DNA of 64,000 nucleotides from an uncultured Candidatus Rokubacteria bacterium (GTDB lineage Bacteria; Methylomirabilota; Methylomirabilia; Rokubacteriales; CSP1-6). Under the pieces are notes generated by a model. It saw nothing but the letters and a program-made list of their open reading frames with translations. It was not told where the DNA came from and did no database searches. Positions 20,026 through 31,078 of the stretch are shown piece by piece; the first letter of the stretch is position 1, and every line of letters begins with the position of its first letter. The translations under genes and the position numbers were made by a program. The DNA lies in assembly GCA_963754315.1 (NCBI GenBank), contig CAVWFS010000007.1, forward strand, positions 704,001 to 768,000. The letters are read 5' to 3'.

Positions 20026-20961
20026 ATGAGCAGCGATTCCATCCACGGTCAGCGCATCAGAGGCGTCCTGTCGCCCGTCGTCACGCCGTTCCGGGCGGAC
20101 CTCACGCCGGACCCCGAGCGGTTCGTCCGGCACTGCCGCTGGCTCTTGTCGCAGAACGTCGGCCTGGCGGTATTCGGCACGAACTCCGAAGCCAATTCGC
20201 TCTCGGTGGACGAGCGCATCGAGCTGCTCGACCGGTTGGTCGGCCAAGGCCTCGATCCGACTCGCATGATGCCGGGCACTGGCTGCTGCGCGCTGCCCGA
20301 CTCCGTGCGCCTGACCGACCACGCCATGAAGCTCGGTTGCGCCGGCGTGCTCATGCTGCCGCCGTTCTACTACAAGGGCGTGAGCGACGAGGGACTCTTC
20401 CGGAACTTCGCCGAGGTCATCGAGCGTGTGGGCGATCGCCGACTGCGCGTGTACCTGTATCACATCCCGCCCGTGGCTCAGGTACCGATCACCTTGCCCC
20501 TGATCGAACGCCTACTCAAGAGCTATCCTGACAGTGTGGCAGGCCTCAAGGACAGCTCGGGCGACTGGAACAACACCAAGGCGGTCCTCGACGCCTTCGC
20601 CGCCTCGGGCTTCGATGTCTTTCCCGGTAGCGAGACCTTCCTCCTGGCTGGAATGCGCAACGGCGGTGCCGGCTGCATCAGCGCCACCGCCAACGTCAAT
20701 CCCGGCCCCATCGCGCAGCTGGCGGCCACGTGGCAGGGCACCAGCGCTGATGCCCAGCAGGCGAGGCTCGATGAGATTCGCGGGATCATGCAAAGCTACG
20801 TGATGATCCCGGCTCTCAAGGCAGCCATCGCCCACTATGGAGACGACCCGGGTTGGACGACGGTGCGCCCGCCACTCGTCGCCCTCACGCAAGAAGAGGC
20901 ATCGGCGCTGATCGGCAAGCTCGCCGGCAAAGGCTTCGCGATGCCGGGGCTGCGCGCGTAA
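20026..20961 (+). CDS. Dihydrodipicolinate synthase family (class I aldolase) protein
   Basis: PVVTPF, GTNSE, LPPFYYK, YLYHIP and the Schiff-base Lys in GLKDSSGD. Confidence 0.9.
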   Translation: MSSDSIHGQRIRGVLSPVVTPFRADLTPDPERFVRHCRWLLSQNVGLAVFGTNSEANSLSVDERIELLDRLVGQGLDPTRMMPGTGCCALPDSVRLTDHAMKLGCAGVLMLPPFYYKGVSDEGLFRNFAEVIERVGDRRLRVYLYHIPPVAQVPITLPLIERLLKSYPDSVAGLKDSSGDWNNTKAVLDAFAASGFDVFPGSETFLLAGMRNGGAGCISATANVNPGPIAQLAATWQGTSADAQQARLDEIRGIMQSYVMIPALKAAIAHYGDDPGWTTVRPPLVALTQEEASALIGKLAGKGFAMPGLRA

Positions 20962-21111
20962 GTCCAACGCAAGGGCAACGGTAACCGTCCCACGCCGGCC
21001 TGGCATACCAGAGTGCCAGGCGTGTCGCGAGCGGCCCGGGTGCGGTAACATGCGGGCCAGGCACGGTCGGCTCCCCGCGGCTCGCGGCCGGCCGCCAGGA
21101 GGGATGACGAC

Positions 21112-22167
21112 ATGGGCGAAATCTTGGGCCTGGGCGTGACCCACTACCCGCCGCTCAACGGTCTCGATCAGAACATGGCCCGTATCCTCCGGGCGGTCCT
21201 GCAGGATCCGGGATTGCCCGAGCGCTATCGCGACCCCGCCAACTGGCCGGCCGCGATGCGCCGTGAGTACGGTGACGACGGCGGCACCGCCGCCGGCGCC
21301 GCCCACCGCGCGTGGCTGGTCCAACACTTTCGCCGTGCCCGCCGGGCGCTCGACGAATTCCGGCCAGATCTCGTGATCATCTGGGGGGACGACCAGCACG
21401 AGAACTTCACGGAGGACATCATTCCGCCCTTCTGCGTGCTCGCCTACGATGAGGTCGAAGCGCGGCCGTGGCAGCGCGCGGGCAGTGCGCCCAACACCTG
21501 GGGCGAAGGGCCTGACACGGTGTTCCGTATCAAGGGGCACCGGGAGGCTGGCAAGTACCTGACCCGGCAGTTGCTGGATCAGGGAGTCGACATGGCGTAT
21601 GCCTATAAGCCCTTGCACTATCCTGGGCTCGCCCACGCGTTCCTCAACACGATCATGTTCCTGGACTACGACCGGGTAGGGTTCCCCCATCCCGTCATCG
21701 CTTTTCAGGTGAACTGCTACGGCCGGCGCGTGATCTCCCAGCGCGGCGGACGGGGCAGCCTCGCCAATCCGCTGTCCGAGAACGATCTGGACCCGCCGTC
21801 GCCGACGCCAAAGCGGTGCATGGAGGTCGGAGCCGCCGTGGCGCGGGTGATGCGGGAGAGCCCATGGCGCACCGCTCTCGTTGCATCTTCGAGCTGGTCA
21901 CATGCCTTCCTGACCGACAAGCACCATCAGCTCTATCCCGACATCGAGGCCGATCGGCAACTGTACGAGGCGCTGCGCGTCGGCGACTACGAGAGCTGGC
22001 GCCGCCGCCCCCTGTCGTCAATCGAAGAGTCGGGCCAGCAGGAGATGCTTAACTGGTACATGCTGGCCGGGGCCATGGAGGAGCTCGGCCGCAAGCCGGA
22101 CGAGTGTGACTTCATCGAGACCTGGTCGCTCAACTCCAACAAGTGCTTCGCCGTCTTCAAACCATGA
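21112..22167 (+). CDS. Extradiol ring-cleavage dioxygenase, LigB-like (class III)
   Basis: GLGVTHYP, PDLVIIWGDDQHENF, LAHAF, SSSWSH and GQQEMLNW. Confidence 0.82.
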   Translation: MGEILGLGVTHYPPLNGLDQNMARILRAVLQDPGLPERYRDPANWPAAMRREYGDDGGTAAGAAHRAWLVQHFRRARRALDEFRPDLVIIWGDDQHENFTEDIIPPFCVLAYDEVEARPWQRAGSAPNTWGEGPDTVFRIKGHREAGKYLTRQLLDQGVDMAYAYKPLHYPGLAHAFLNTIMFLDYDRVGFPHPVIAFQVNCYGRRVISQRGGRGSLANPLSENDLDPPSPTPKRCMEVGAAVARVMRESPWRTALVASSSWSHAFLTDKHHQLYPDIEADRQLYEALRVGDYESWRRRPLSSIEESGQQEMLNWYMLAGAMEELGRKPDECDFIETWSLNSNKCFAVFKP

Positions 22168-22769
22168 GCGCACGGGTCGAAGCGCCTGCCCTGCCCCTCA
22201 CATCCGCCGAGGGCCCGCGCCACGTCAATGGTGCGATCCCCAGGCTGAGCGGCGATATCCGCCCGCTCATCCCCAAGCTCGGGTTGCGCAACTACTGGTA
22301 CCCCGCGCTCAGAGAGCGGTCGGTCGGCTGGCGCAAGCCCGTCAAAGCGCAGTTGCTCGGCGAGGAGCTCTGCCTTTTTCGTGGAACCACCGGAGACGTG
22401 GTGGCCATCCAGGACGTCTGCCCGCATCGGGGCGCGCGTCTGAGCGAGGGCAACTGCCACTATCGCGGCACGGTGGCGTGCCCCTACCACGGTATCCGTG
22501 TGAACAGCCTCACGCCTACGGCGACCGACACCGAGGAGGGGCTCGAGCGGGGCAGCGCCTGGGGTCGTCCGCGGCCCGAGCGGCGGGCGGGCGGCCCGCT
22601 CGAATTCCGCACGATGATCCCCCTGGGACAGCTGCCGAGCCCGCGCCACTACGCGCGGGCGGCGGTGTTCCTTGCCTCGGATGACTCCGAGATGATGACG
22701 GGATTCGACCTTCGCGTCGACGGTGGCGCCATCGCCAAGTATTGGCCGTGGATCCCCCACGCACCCTGA
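22164..22769 (+). pseudogene. Chimeric ORF: Rieske [2Fe-2S] N-terminus fused in frame to an SDR C-terminus
   Basis: RNYWYP...CPHRG...CPYHG (Rieske) runs directly into IRVNSLTP...AAVFLASDDSEMMTG.DLRVDGG (SDR C-terminus). The oxygenase catalytic domain and the SDR Rossmann/YxxxK parts are absent. Confidence 0.8.
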
Positions 22770-22812
22770 GCCCGAGCCGGAACACCGAGCGAAGAGACCG
22801 GGCGCGCGAGCC

Positions 22813-23583
22813 TCACACCATCAGGCGGCCGCCGTTGACGGATAGCGTCTGGCCGGTCAGGTAGCAAGCCTCGCGCGTGGCCAGGAACAGGACCCAGCCC
22901 ACCATGTCCGCCACCTCCGCGATGCGCCCGACCAGGGTCGTCTTGCCGATCATATCGCGTTGCTCTTGACTCCTGACCGCCACGACACGCTCGGTCGCCG
23001 TGGTCCCCGGTGCGATGGCATTCGCGGTGACCCCGTACGGGCCGAGCTCGAAGGCGAGGACGCGAGTGAGGGAGTGGACACCCGCCTTGGCAGCGGCATA
23101 GGGAGGGGAGGACGGCTGGAGCGCGCTAACCCCGGCCATGGACCCGATGCTGACGATGCACCCGCTTCGCTGGCGCTTGAATGTCGGGATGGCTGCCTTC
23201 GCGCAGAGGAAGATGCTCTTGAGGTTGAGGTCGACCACCTTGTCCCACTCCTCTTCGGGCGTCTCCTCGATAGAGAGCTGCTTCCAGAATCCGCCGGCGC
23301 TATTGACCAGGATGTCAAGCCGCCCGGCTTCCCCTACGAGCCGATCGAATACGGCGGCCACCCGGCCGGCGTCGGTGACATCGCAGGCGAGGAACCTGGC
23401 GTGGCCACCTCCCTCCCGGATCCCGCGGGCTACCGCCTCACCCGCTCTCTCGTCCAGATCGACCACGTACACGCGCGCTCCGGCGTGCGCGAAGGCTTGG
23501 GCTGACCCCTTCCCGATGCCCTGTGCGCCCCCGGTGATCACCGCCACTTGGCCGGCGAAGTCGAAGGTGGCCCTGCCGCTCAT
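22813..23583 (-). CDS. SDR family oxidoreductase
   Basis: TGGAQGIG, YAAAK and TGQTLSVNGG. Confidence 0.93.
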   Translation of the reverse strand: MSGRATFDFAGQVAVITGGAQGIGKGSAQAFAHAGARVYVVDLDERAGEAVARGIREGGGHARFLACDVTDAGRVAAVFDRLVGEAGRLDILVNSAGGFWKQLSIEETPEEEWDKVVDLNLKSIFLCAKAAIPTFKRQRSGCIVSIGSMAGVSALQPSSPPYAAAKAGVHSLTRVLAFELGPYGVTANAIAPGTTATERVVAVRSQEQRDMIGKTTLVGRIAEVADMVGWVLFLATREACYLTGQTLSVNGGRLMV

Positions 23584-23616
23584 GCTCGCCTCTCCTTGTC
23601 GGAATGGGCTGCCACA

Positions 23617-25635
23617 TTACCGGTCGTAGAGATGGCAGGCCACCCGGTGCCCTGGGGCCTGCTCGCGCAGCGCGGGTTCCTCCTCCGTGCAGGAGGGCAT
23701 GGCTTGTGGGCATCGCGGATGGAACCGGCAGCCCCGCGGGGGATTGAAGGCGCTCGGGACCTCGCCGCGCAGGATAACCTCTGGCTGGCTGTCGTCGGGA
23801 TGTCCGGGCAACGCGTTGCTCAAGAGGATCTGGGTATAGGGATGTAGAGGACGAGCGTACAGCTCCTCGCTCGTCGCCGTCTCCACGAGCTTGCCCAGAT
23901 ACATGACGCCGATGCGCGTGCTCACGTATTTCACCACAGCCAGGTCATGCGCGATGAACAGATAGCTCACCCCAAGCTGGTCCTGGATCTCGCGCAGGAG
24001 ATTCATGACCTGGGCACGAATGGATACATCGAGAGCGGACACCGCCTCATCGAGCAGGATGCATTCGGGATTGGTGGTGAGCGCCCGCGCCAGCGCGACC
24101 CGCTGGCGTTGCCCGCCCGACAGCTCGTGCGGATAGTCGCTGGCAATGCGCGGCCGGAGTCCAACCCGCGTGAGCGACGCGGCGATCCGCTCGTCGACCT
24201 CGGTCTTGCTCAGCCCGGGCTGCGTTTCTATGAGAGGCTCGCTCACGGTGGTGCGGATGGTCAGCCGTGGATTGAGCGAACTGTATGGGTCCTGGAAGAC
24301 CGCCTGGACGGCTCGGCGATAGTCGCCAAGCTCCCGCGCGCGGAGAGAGTGAATGTCGCGACCGCGGAAGAAGATCCCGCCGGTCGTCGGCCGCTCCTGC
24401 CGGAGGACGAGCTTGGCCGTGGTGGTCTTCCCGCACCCGCTCTCCCCTACCAGTCCGAGCGTTTCCCCCCGTCGCAGCTCGAAGTCGACCCCGTCGACGG
24501 CCTTGATTGTTCCGATGGTTCGGCTGAGGAGGCCCGCCCGCTGCACCGGGAAATGCTTGGTCAGGGAGCGAGCTTCGATCACCACCTCGCTCTCTCGCCG
24601 GTCGGGCGGAGGCGCCTCGAGCAGCTTCGCCGAGGCGGTCGCCCGCCTCGAGCCGATGGTCGCCGTCTCCGCCGACCGAATGCACGCCACCAGGTGCTCG
24701 GGCCCGACAGCTTCCAGCGGAGGACGGATCTGCTCGCACTCCGGGCGCGCGAGAGGGCAACGTGGCGTGAAGCTGCAACCAGCCGGCACGTTGGCCAGAT
24801 CGGGTGGTTGTCCCTCGATGGCCGTCAGCGGCTCACGCCCACGCTTCAAGGTAGGCAGGCAATTCAAGAGGCCGACGGTGTACGGATGTCGGGGGTGGTT
24901 GAAGATATCCCGGGTGCGGCCGACCTCCACGATCCGCCCCGCGTACATGACGGCCACCCGATCGCACAGCTTGGCCACGATCCCGAGATCGTGCGTGACG
25001 AAGATGAGGGCGAGGTTCGTGTCCCGCTGAATATCTTTCAAGAGCCGCAAGTACTGGGCTTGGATGGTCACGTCGAGCGACGTGGTCGGCTCGTCGGCGA
25101 TGAGCAAGCTTGGCTGGCAGGAAATCGCGATGGCCCCGGCCACCCGCTGGCGAATGCCACCGCTCATCTGATGTGGGTAGGCGTGGACGCGGCGCTCGGG
25201 GTCGCTGATCCGCACCTGGCGCAGCAGCTCGAGAATCCGCGTGTCGAGGGCACGGCCGCGTAGGCCGCGATGCAGCGCGAGCGTCTCGGCAATCTGGCCG
25301 CCCACCGTGATGGCGGGATTGAGCGAGGCCATGGGGTCTTGCAGGATCATCGCGATCTGCGAGCCGCGGAGCCGCCGCATCTCCTCAGGGCTCTTGGCGA
25401 GCAGATCCTCGCCCTCGAAGAACATCTGCCCTCCCACGATCCGCCCACCCGGTTCCGGCACCAGCCGGAGAATGGACAGACACGTCATCGACTTCCCCGA
25501 CCCCGACTCCCCCACAATCCCGAGTGTCTCCCCCCTCCCCACCGAAAAAGAAGCCCCATCCACCGCCTTGACGACTCCCCGCCGCGTGTAGATGTAGGTG
25601 CGGAGGTCCCTCACTTCGAGCAGCACGTCAGCCAT
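23617..25635 (-). CDS. Dipeptide/oligopeptide ABC transporter ATP-binding protein (fused double NBD)
   Basis: Two Walker A motifs ([16 protein letters not shown]), two signature motifs and two C-terminal GC.F.PRCP extensions. Start placed at ATG 25635. Confidence 0.93.
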   Translation of the reverse strand: MADVLLEVRDLRTYIYTRRGVVKAVDGASFSVGRGETLGIVGESGSGKSMTCLSILRLVPEPGGRIVGGQMFFEGEDLLAKSPEEMRRLRGSQIAMILQDPMASLNPAITVGGQIAETLALHRGLRGRALDTRILELLRQVRISDPERRVHAYPHQMSGGIRQRVAGAIAISCQPSLLIADEPTTSLDVTIQAQYLRLLKDIQRDTNLALIFVTHDLGIVAKLCDRVAVMYAGRIVEVGRTRDIFNHPRHPYTVGLLNCLPTLKRGREPLTAIEGQPPDLANVPAGCSFTPRCPLARPECEQIRPPLEAVGPEHLVACIRSAETATIGSRRATASAKLLEAPPPDRRESEVVIEARSLTKHFPVQRAGLLSRTIGTIKAVDGVDFELRRGETLGLVGESGCGKTTTAKLVLRQERPTTGGIFFRGRDIHSLRARELGDYRRAVQAVFQDPYSSLNPRLTIRTTVSEPLIETQPGLSKTEVDERIAASLTRVGLRPRIASDYPHELSGGQRQRVALARALTTNPECILLDEAVSALDVSIRAQVMNLLREIQDQLGVSYLFIAHDLAVVKYVSTRIGVMYLGKLVETATSEELYARPLHPYTQILLSNALPGHPDDSQPEVILRGEVPSAFNPPRGCRFHPRCPQAMPSCTEEEPALREQAPGHRVACHLYDR

Positions 25636-25775
25636 TCCGAACACCGAACGGCGCCAGAGCGATCAAACGATCGAGATGCTAGGCGGCGACGAGTGACGAC
25701 TGAGACGTGGCCCTGCCACGTCGCAGGGAGGAGCGAGGAGCCAACGACGCAGATCGGTCGGTTTCATCGCTCTGG

Positions 25776-26660
25776 CTAGACTTGGCGGAGTTTGGGGTCA
25801 AGGCGGTCGCGCACCCAGTCCCCGAGGATATTCAGCGACAGCACGGTACCCAGAATGGCGATGCCGGGCAGGATCGAGACCCACCACGCCCGCTCGATGA
25901 GGCCACGCCCATCCGCCACCATCACCCCCCACGACGGGGTGGGCGGGGGGATGCCGACACCGAGGAAGCTGAGGGCGGCTTCCAGCACGATCACGAAGCC
26001 TACATGCAAGGTGGCCAGCACCAGGATGGACGGGATCAGGTTGGGGACGATGTGCCGGAACATGATGGTCAGGTTCGAGCAGCCGGCGATCCGCGCGAGG
26101 GCCACGAACTCCTGCTGCTTGAGACCGAGCGTCTCTCCGCGCACGAGCCGCGCGTAGCTGGGCCAGAGCAGGAACACCACGACGATGATCACGTTCGTGA
26201 AGGATGGCTCGAACACCACGGACAGGAGGATGGCAATCAGGATGCCGGGCAGGGAGAGCGAGATGTCCACCAAGCGCATGAGCAGGGTGTCGACCCACCC
26301 GCCCAGAAAGCCAGCCAGAAGTCCGATGAAGCTTCCTGCGGCGCCGGTGAGCGTGATGGCCACCACCGAGACCGACAGGGAGATCCGGGCGCCGTACAGC
26401 AACCGGCTCAAGGTATCGCGTCCGAGGCGATCGGTGCCCAGCAGGTGGCCAGGCTTCCACCCTTCCATGCCGATGGGCGGGACGAGCCGGTCACCCAAGG
26501 AACCCTCCACCGGGGACCGCGGGGCCAGCCACGGCGCACACACGGCACAGAAAACGAGCGCGGCCACGATGACGAGGGGAATCAGGGGCGGCCAGCGTCG
26601 ATCACGACGCCGGGACACGACGCCGGGGATGGGAGCGGCGACCGCCGATTCGGTCGTCAT
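25776..26660 (-). CDS. ABC transporter permease (DppC/OppC-like)
   Basis: LGTDRLGRD, EAA loop EFVALARIAG and EAALSFLGVG. ATG 26660 overlaps the upstream stop. Confidence 0.92.
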   Translation of the reverse strand: MTTESAVAAPIPGVVSRRRDRRWPPLIPLVIVAALVFCAVCAPWLAPRSPVEGSLGDRLVPPIGMEGWKPGHLLGTDRLGRDTLSRLLYGARISLSVSVVAITLTGAAGSFIGLLAGFLGGWVDTLLMRLVDISLSLPGILIAILLSVVFEPSFTNVIIVVVFLLWPSYARLVRGETLGLKQQEFVALARIAGCSNLTIMFRHIVPNLIPSILVLATLHVGFVIVLEAALSFLGVGIPPPTPSWGVMVADGRGLIERAWWVSILPGIAILGTVLSLNILGDWVRDRLDPKLRQV

Positions 26661-27577
26661 GTCGAGTACCGGATCTTCGGATTCAGGTACGCGTAGAGGA
26701 TGTCGACAATGAGGTTGACCCCGATGTACATGGCGCTCAGAAAAAGCACGACCGCCTGCACGATCGGGTAATCCCGAGAATCGACGGCCTCGATCACGAG
26801 GAGACCGAGGCCGGGCCAGCCGAACACCGTCTCGATGATGATCGATCCGTTGAGGAGAGCCACGAACACCAGGGCAGCAAACGTCACCACGGGCAGCGCG
26901 GCGTTCTTGAAGGCGTGCTTCCAGATGACCTGCCGCTCGGGCAGTCCCTTGATGCGGGCCAGCTTGACGTATTCGCTGCCGAGCACGTCGAGCATGGCCG
27001 AACGGGTCAGGCGCATCAGCCCCGCCACCGCGAACCAGCCGAGCGTGACCCCGGGCAGGATGATGTGCAGCGGCGTGCCCCGACCCGATGTCGGTAGCAG
27101 ATGCAGGAGCACACCGAAGACGAGGACGAGGAGCAGTCCAAGCCAGAAGGGCGGCACTGCCTGCCCGAGCGCCGCGAAGGCCCGGGCCGCGTAGTCGAGC
27201 TTGCTCCCCCGTCGAACAGCGGCGTAGACACCGACCGGGAGGGCTACCACGATCACGATGAACACGGCCAGACTGCCTAGCTCCAGGGTGGCGCCGTACC
27301 GCTCGAGAATGAGATCCAGGGCGGGGCGGCGGAAGCGAACCGACTGGCCGAAATCGCCCTGGAGCGCCCGCGTGATGAACCACCAGTACTGGACGGGCCA
27401 GGGGCGGTCGAGCCCGAGATGGGCGCGCATGGCCGCGATGTCCTTCTGGCTCGCCTCCGGGGGAGCCATGATCTGGATGGGATCCCCCGACAGGCGCACA
27501 AGGGCGAAGACGACCATGGACACCACGAACATCGACACCACCGCCTGGACCAGGCGGCCGACGATGTAGCGTTGCAT
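26657..27577 (-). CDS. ABC transporter permease (DppB/OppB-like)
   Basis: GLDRP..VQY, GDFGQS, YVKLARIKGL, ETVFGWPGLG and LNPKIR. Confidence 0.93.
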   Translation of the reverse strand: MQRYIVGRLVQAVVSMFVVSMVVFALVRLSGDPIQIMAPPEASQKDIAAMRAHLGLDRPWPVQYWWFITRALQGDFGQSVRFRRPALDLILERYGATLELGSLAVFIVIVVALPVGVYAAVRRGSKLDYAARAFAALGQAVPPFWLGLLLVLVFGVLLHLLPTSGRGTPLHIILPGVTLGWFAVAGLMRLTRSAMLDVLGSEYVKLARIKGLPERQVIWKHAFKNAALPVVTFAALVFVALLNGSIIIETVFGWPGLGLLVIEAVDSRDYPIVQAVVLFLSAMYIGVNLIVDILYAYLNPKIRYST

Positions 27578-27669
27578 GGCCTGCGGCGCCCCTTCCTCTG
27601 TCAGTTTCCGGCAGCGGCCGTCCCGGTGCGCCTCGCGACGCTTCGACGATGGGTCAAGACGGTCATCCG

Positions 27670-29301
27670 CTACGCTCCCGTACTGACGTACTCGTAGTTG
27701 TTCTCGAGCGGAACGTATACCAGAGTCTGCCAGCCGCTCACCTGCTTGCTCACAGCCCAGGTGGTGGACTTCACGCCCAGCATGACGGCGGGATACTGAT
27801 CGTAGAGCTTCTGGCCCATGGCGCTGGTGAGCTGAGCCCGCTTCTCCACGTCCACTTCCCGCAGGATGGTTTCGAGCTCTTGATCGTACGGGCCCTCACA
27901 CAGGAGGTTGAAGGCGCCCTTGGTCCAGACCGTGCGCTGCCAGGCGAGACTCGGCTCGTCGAAGGGCGGAGAGCCGTACACCCAATGCGTCTTGTTCGTC
28001 TTGCGCGCGCGGTTCTTGGGCAGGAAGTTACCGAAGGCCTCGGGCACCCGCTTGACCTTGATCCCGACCTTCTCCCAGTCGAGGGCGACTGCCTCCATGA
28101 CATCCGCTCCGTCGAGGGCGTAGGTGAACACCATCGGGTTCACCCTGACCTCGAAACCACCTCCCTGACCGGCCTCCGCCAGCAACTTCCTGGCTTGTCC
28201 GGCGTCGTACGGTGGAATCTTCCAGTCCGTGCTGTAGCCCTTGTTGAACGGGTAGTAGAAATAGGTGAATGGGGTCTCGGCCCCGGTGCCCTTCCAGAGC
28301 GCGTTGATGATGGCCTTCTTGTTGACGGCCAGGTTCAGGGCCATCCGGACTTTGCGCGCCTTGGCCAGGCTCTCGGCATTGCCAGGATCGCCCACCCAGG
28401 GACAGGTCGGGCAATAGTCTTCGCGGTCGGGGGTTGTCTGGCCTTGCAACACCACCCAGTAACAGGCCGCGTTCGGCGTCTCGTGGATACGGAGGCCGGC
28501 CTTGCGCGTCTGGTCCAGATAGTCGCCGAAGACCTGGCCGATGTCGATCTCCCCGGAGCGCAGCCCGGCAACCCGGGTGGCGGCGTCGGGAATCCGGCGG
28601 ATCACGAGCTCCTTGAAGCCGGGGGCCTTTCGCCAGTGATTGGCGATCGCCTCGAACCGATGATAGTCGCCTTGCTTCCCCTCGACGTGCCGGTAGGGCC
28701 CGGTGCCGATCGGATGCAGGGCCGCCTTCTCCTCGCCGACCGTCTCCAGGTATTTCTTCGAGGTGATGTTCTGGTATCCCACGAACTGGGTGAAGTGCGA
28801 GGGGACCTCCCACACGCGGTTCTTGAAGTGCATGACCACCGTGAGCTTGTCGGGAGTCTCGATCCGTTCGAGCTGGTTGCGAAAGAAGGGCGCCGATCCC
28901 CCCGGCACGTCAGGCCGCAAGTTCTGCTCGACGGTGAACTTGACATCCTCCGCCGTCAGCTCGCCCCAGTTCTCGTGAAACGCCACACCCGACCGGAGCT
29001 TGAAAGTCCACGTTCGCAGCTCGTTGGAGGGCTTCCATTCCGTGGCCAACCCAGGCCGATAGGCAAACGTCTTGGCGTCACGCTGGATGAGCGGATCGTA
29101 GACGCAGTCCCACAAGGTCTTTTCGGATTGACTGGAGCGCCAGGCAAATGGGGTCTCGATGCCCCACTGGCCAACGGCCACGACGAGCCGGTCGCCGGCT
29201 GCTCGCGCGCGGAAGGGCATGAGAAGGGGCGTGCCCACCAGGGCGGCGGCCGCGCTTGCAGTCCGCCTCAGAAACGCACGACGATCGATCGGTCTCGCCA
29301 T
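27670..29301 (-). CDS. ABC transporter substrate-binding protein (family 5) with Tat signal
   Basis: MARPIDRRAFLRR Tat motif after a GGAGG RBS, plus LTAEDVKFT and PIGTGPY. Confidence 0.9.
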   Translation of the reverse strand: MARPIDRRAFLRRTASAAAALVGTPLLMPFRARAAGDRLVVAVGQWGIETPFAWRSSQSEKTLWDCVYDPLIQRDAKTFAYRPGLATEWKPSNELRTWTFKLRSGVAFHENWGELTAEDVKFTVEQNLRPDVPGGSAPFFRNQLERIETPDKLTVVMHFKNRVWEVPSHFTQFVGYQNITSKKYLETVGEEKAALHPIGTGPYRHVEGKQGDYHRFEAIANHWRKAPGFKELVIRRIPDAATRVAGLRSGEIDIGQVFGDYLDQTRKAGLRIHETPNAACYWVVLQGQTTPDREDYCPTCPWVGDPGNAESLAKARKVRMALNLAVNKKAIINALWKGTGAETPFTYFYYPFNKGYSTDWKIPPYDAGQARKLLAEAGQGGGFEVRVNPMVFTYALDGADVMEAVALDWEKVGIKVKRVPEAFGNFLPKNRARKTNKTHWVYGSPPFDEPSLAWQRTVWTKGAFNLLCEGPYDQELETILREVDVEKRAQLTSAMGQKLYDQYPAVMLGVKSTTWAVSKQVSGWQTLVYVPLENNYEYVSTGA

Positions 29302-29314
29302 GGCCAGACCTCCG

Positions 29315-30109
29315 TCACTGTCCGCGGAACACAGGGGGGCGCTTTTCCATGAACGCACGAATCCCCTCGCGAGCGTCCTCGGTCTCGAAGCATACGTTCT
29401 GGGCAAAGGTCTCGAACTCGAGGGCGGAGCGGAGATCGCCCTCGACGTTCTTGTACAGCGCCCGTTTGGCCAGGCGAATGGCCAAAGGCGGACCCGCGGC
29501 AATCTTGCGGGCCAGAGCATAGGCGGTGGACATCAACTCCTCTGGCGCGACGACCTGGCTCACCAGCCCAAGGCGGAGGGCTTCCTCGGCGTCGATGAGA
29601 TCGCCGGTGAAGATCAGCTCACACGCCTTGGCCATCCCGACCACCCGCGGCAGAAAATATGTCCCGCCCCAGTCTGGATGCAGGCCACGCCGCACGAAGG
29701 CCTGGGCAAACTTTGCTCCGGTGGAGGCGATCCTCAGGTCGCATCCGAGCGCGAGGTTCATGCCGGCGCCGGCGGCGGCGCCATTCACGGCAGCGATGAT
29801 CGGTTGTGGCGCATCGCGCATCGCCAGCAAGGTCCGATCCCGTGACGGGGCGATCTTTTCGAGGAGCGGGCGCTCGCGGCGTCCCTCCTTCGCCTCGCTC
29901 ATGGCCTTCACGTCACCGCCGGCACAGAAGCCCTTCCCGGCGCCGGTCACGATCATCACGCGCACGCTCGGGTCGGTGCTGCTTCGGATGATCGCGTCGA
30001 GAAGATCGTCGCGGAGGGTGTCGCCGAGCGCGTTCAGACGCTCCGGGCGGTTCAGGGTGAGGGTGGCGACGCCGTCCTTCACCTCGTAGAGAAGACACTT
30101 GTAGGTCAT
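29315..30109 (-). CDS. Enoyl-CoA hydratase/isomerase family protein
   Basis: LNRPERLNAL, FCAGGD, IAAVNGAAAGAG and EGIRAFMEKR. Confidence 0.93.
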   Translation of the reverse strand: MTYKCLLYEVKDGVATLTLNRPERLNALGDTLRDDLLDAIIRSSTDPSVRVMIVTGAGKGFCAGGDVKAMSEAKEGRRERPLLEKIAPSRDRTLLAMRDAPQPIIAAVNGAAAGAGMNLALGCDLRIASTGAKFAQAFVRRGLHPDWGGTYFLPRVVGMAKACELIFTGDLIDAEEALRLGLVSQVVAPEELMSTAYALARKIAAGPPLAIRLAKRALYKNVEGDLRSALEFETFAQNVCFETEDAREGIRAFMEKRPPVFRGQ

Positions 30110-30146
30110 GGGCAGGCTCCTTGGGGGGACGCGTTCGCCGTGCGAC

Positions 30147-31043
30147 TCACGCAGGCGAAGGCGGCCACGGAATCTTCAACGCGTCCAGACGGCGTAGCCG
30201 GTCCTGTCCGAGCGCGCGGTCCCACACGTCGGCGAGCGTCTCCGCGGTCCACGACCCCGTCCCCGTCACCGCCCGCACAGGCGCCGGGTGCGAGAAGACG
30301 GTGACTTCGGGCCCGCGGACTCCCACCACTTGCCCGGTGATGTGCGCGGCACGATCGCTGGCCAAGAACGTCACCACCGGCGCGATGGCGTCGGGGGGTG
30401 TGGCCGTGGACTGGGCGCGGCGCTCTCCGGGCAGACGCTGCGTCATTCGCGTGTCTGCCGTCGGCGAGATGGCGTTGCACCGAACACCATACTTGGCCAT
30501 GGCGAGGGCGGTGGAGCGCATCAGTCCGACGATCCCCTCCTTGGCGGCTGAGTAGTTCGGTTGGCCCGGGCTCCCCTCCAGGCCTGCCGTGGAGGTGAAG
30601 GTGACGATGCTGCCGGTCTTCCGCTCGCGCATGTGACGGGTGGCGGGCTGCATGACCGTGAAGTGCCCCTTGAGGTGCACGGCAATGACAGCGTCCCACT
30701 CCTCTTCGGTCATGTTGAAGATCATCCGCTCACGCAGAATGCCGGCGCAGCAGACGAGGACGTGGAGGTCGCCGAACTCACGCAGGGCGAGATCGATAAC
30801 GCCTCGCCCGCCGGCCATGGTGGCGACGCTCTCGGGACTGGCTGCCGCCTGCCCACCACGCGCCCGGATCTCGGCGACCACCTGATTGGCCGGCTCGCTC
30901 GACGGATCACGCCCGTCGACGCTGACCCCATAGTCGTTGACCACGACCTTTGCTCCGGCTGCCGCGAGGTCGAGCGACACCGCCCGGCCAATCCCCGTGC
31001 CTCCCCCTGTCACCACCGCCACCTTCCCCTCGAGCAATCCCAT
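30147..31043 (-). CDS. SDR family oxidoreductase (extended, 17-beta-HSD4-like)
   Basis: TGGGTGIG, VVVND.G, AGILRER and GQPNYSAAK. Confidence 0.92.
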   Translation of the reverse strand: MGLLEGKVAVVTGGGTGIGRAVSLDLAAAGAKVVVNDYGVSVDGRDPSSEPANQVVAEIRARGGQAAASPESVATMAGGRGVIDLALREFGDLHVLVCCAGILRERMIFNMTEEEWDAVIAVHLKGHFTVMQPATRHMRERKTGSIVTFTSTAGLEGSPGQPNYSAAKEGIVGLMRSTALAMAKYGVRCNAISPTADTRMTQRLPGERRAQSTATPPDAIAPVVTFLASDRAAHITGQVVGVRGPEVTVFSHPAPVRAVTGTGSWTAETLADVWDRALGQDRLRRLDALKIPWPPSPA

Positions 31044-31078
31044 AGCTTCCCTCTCGACCGACCCCGATTCGGTGGGCC

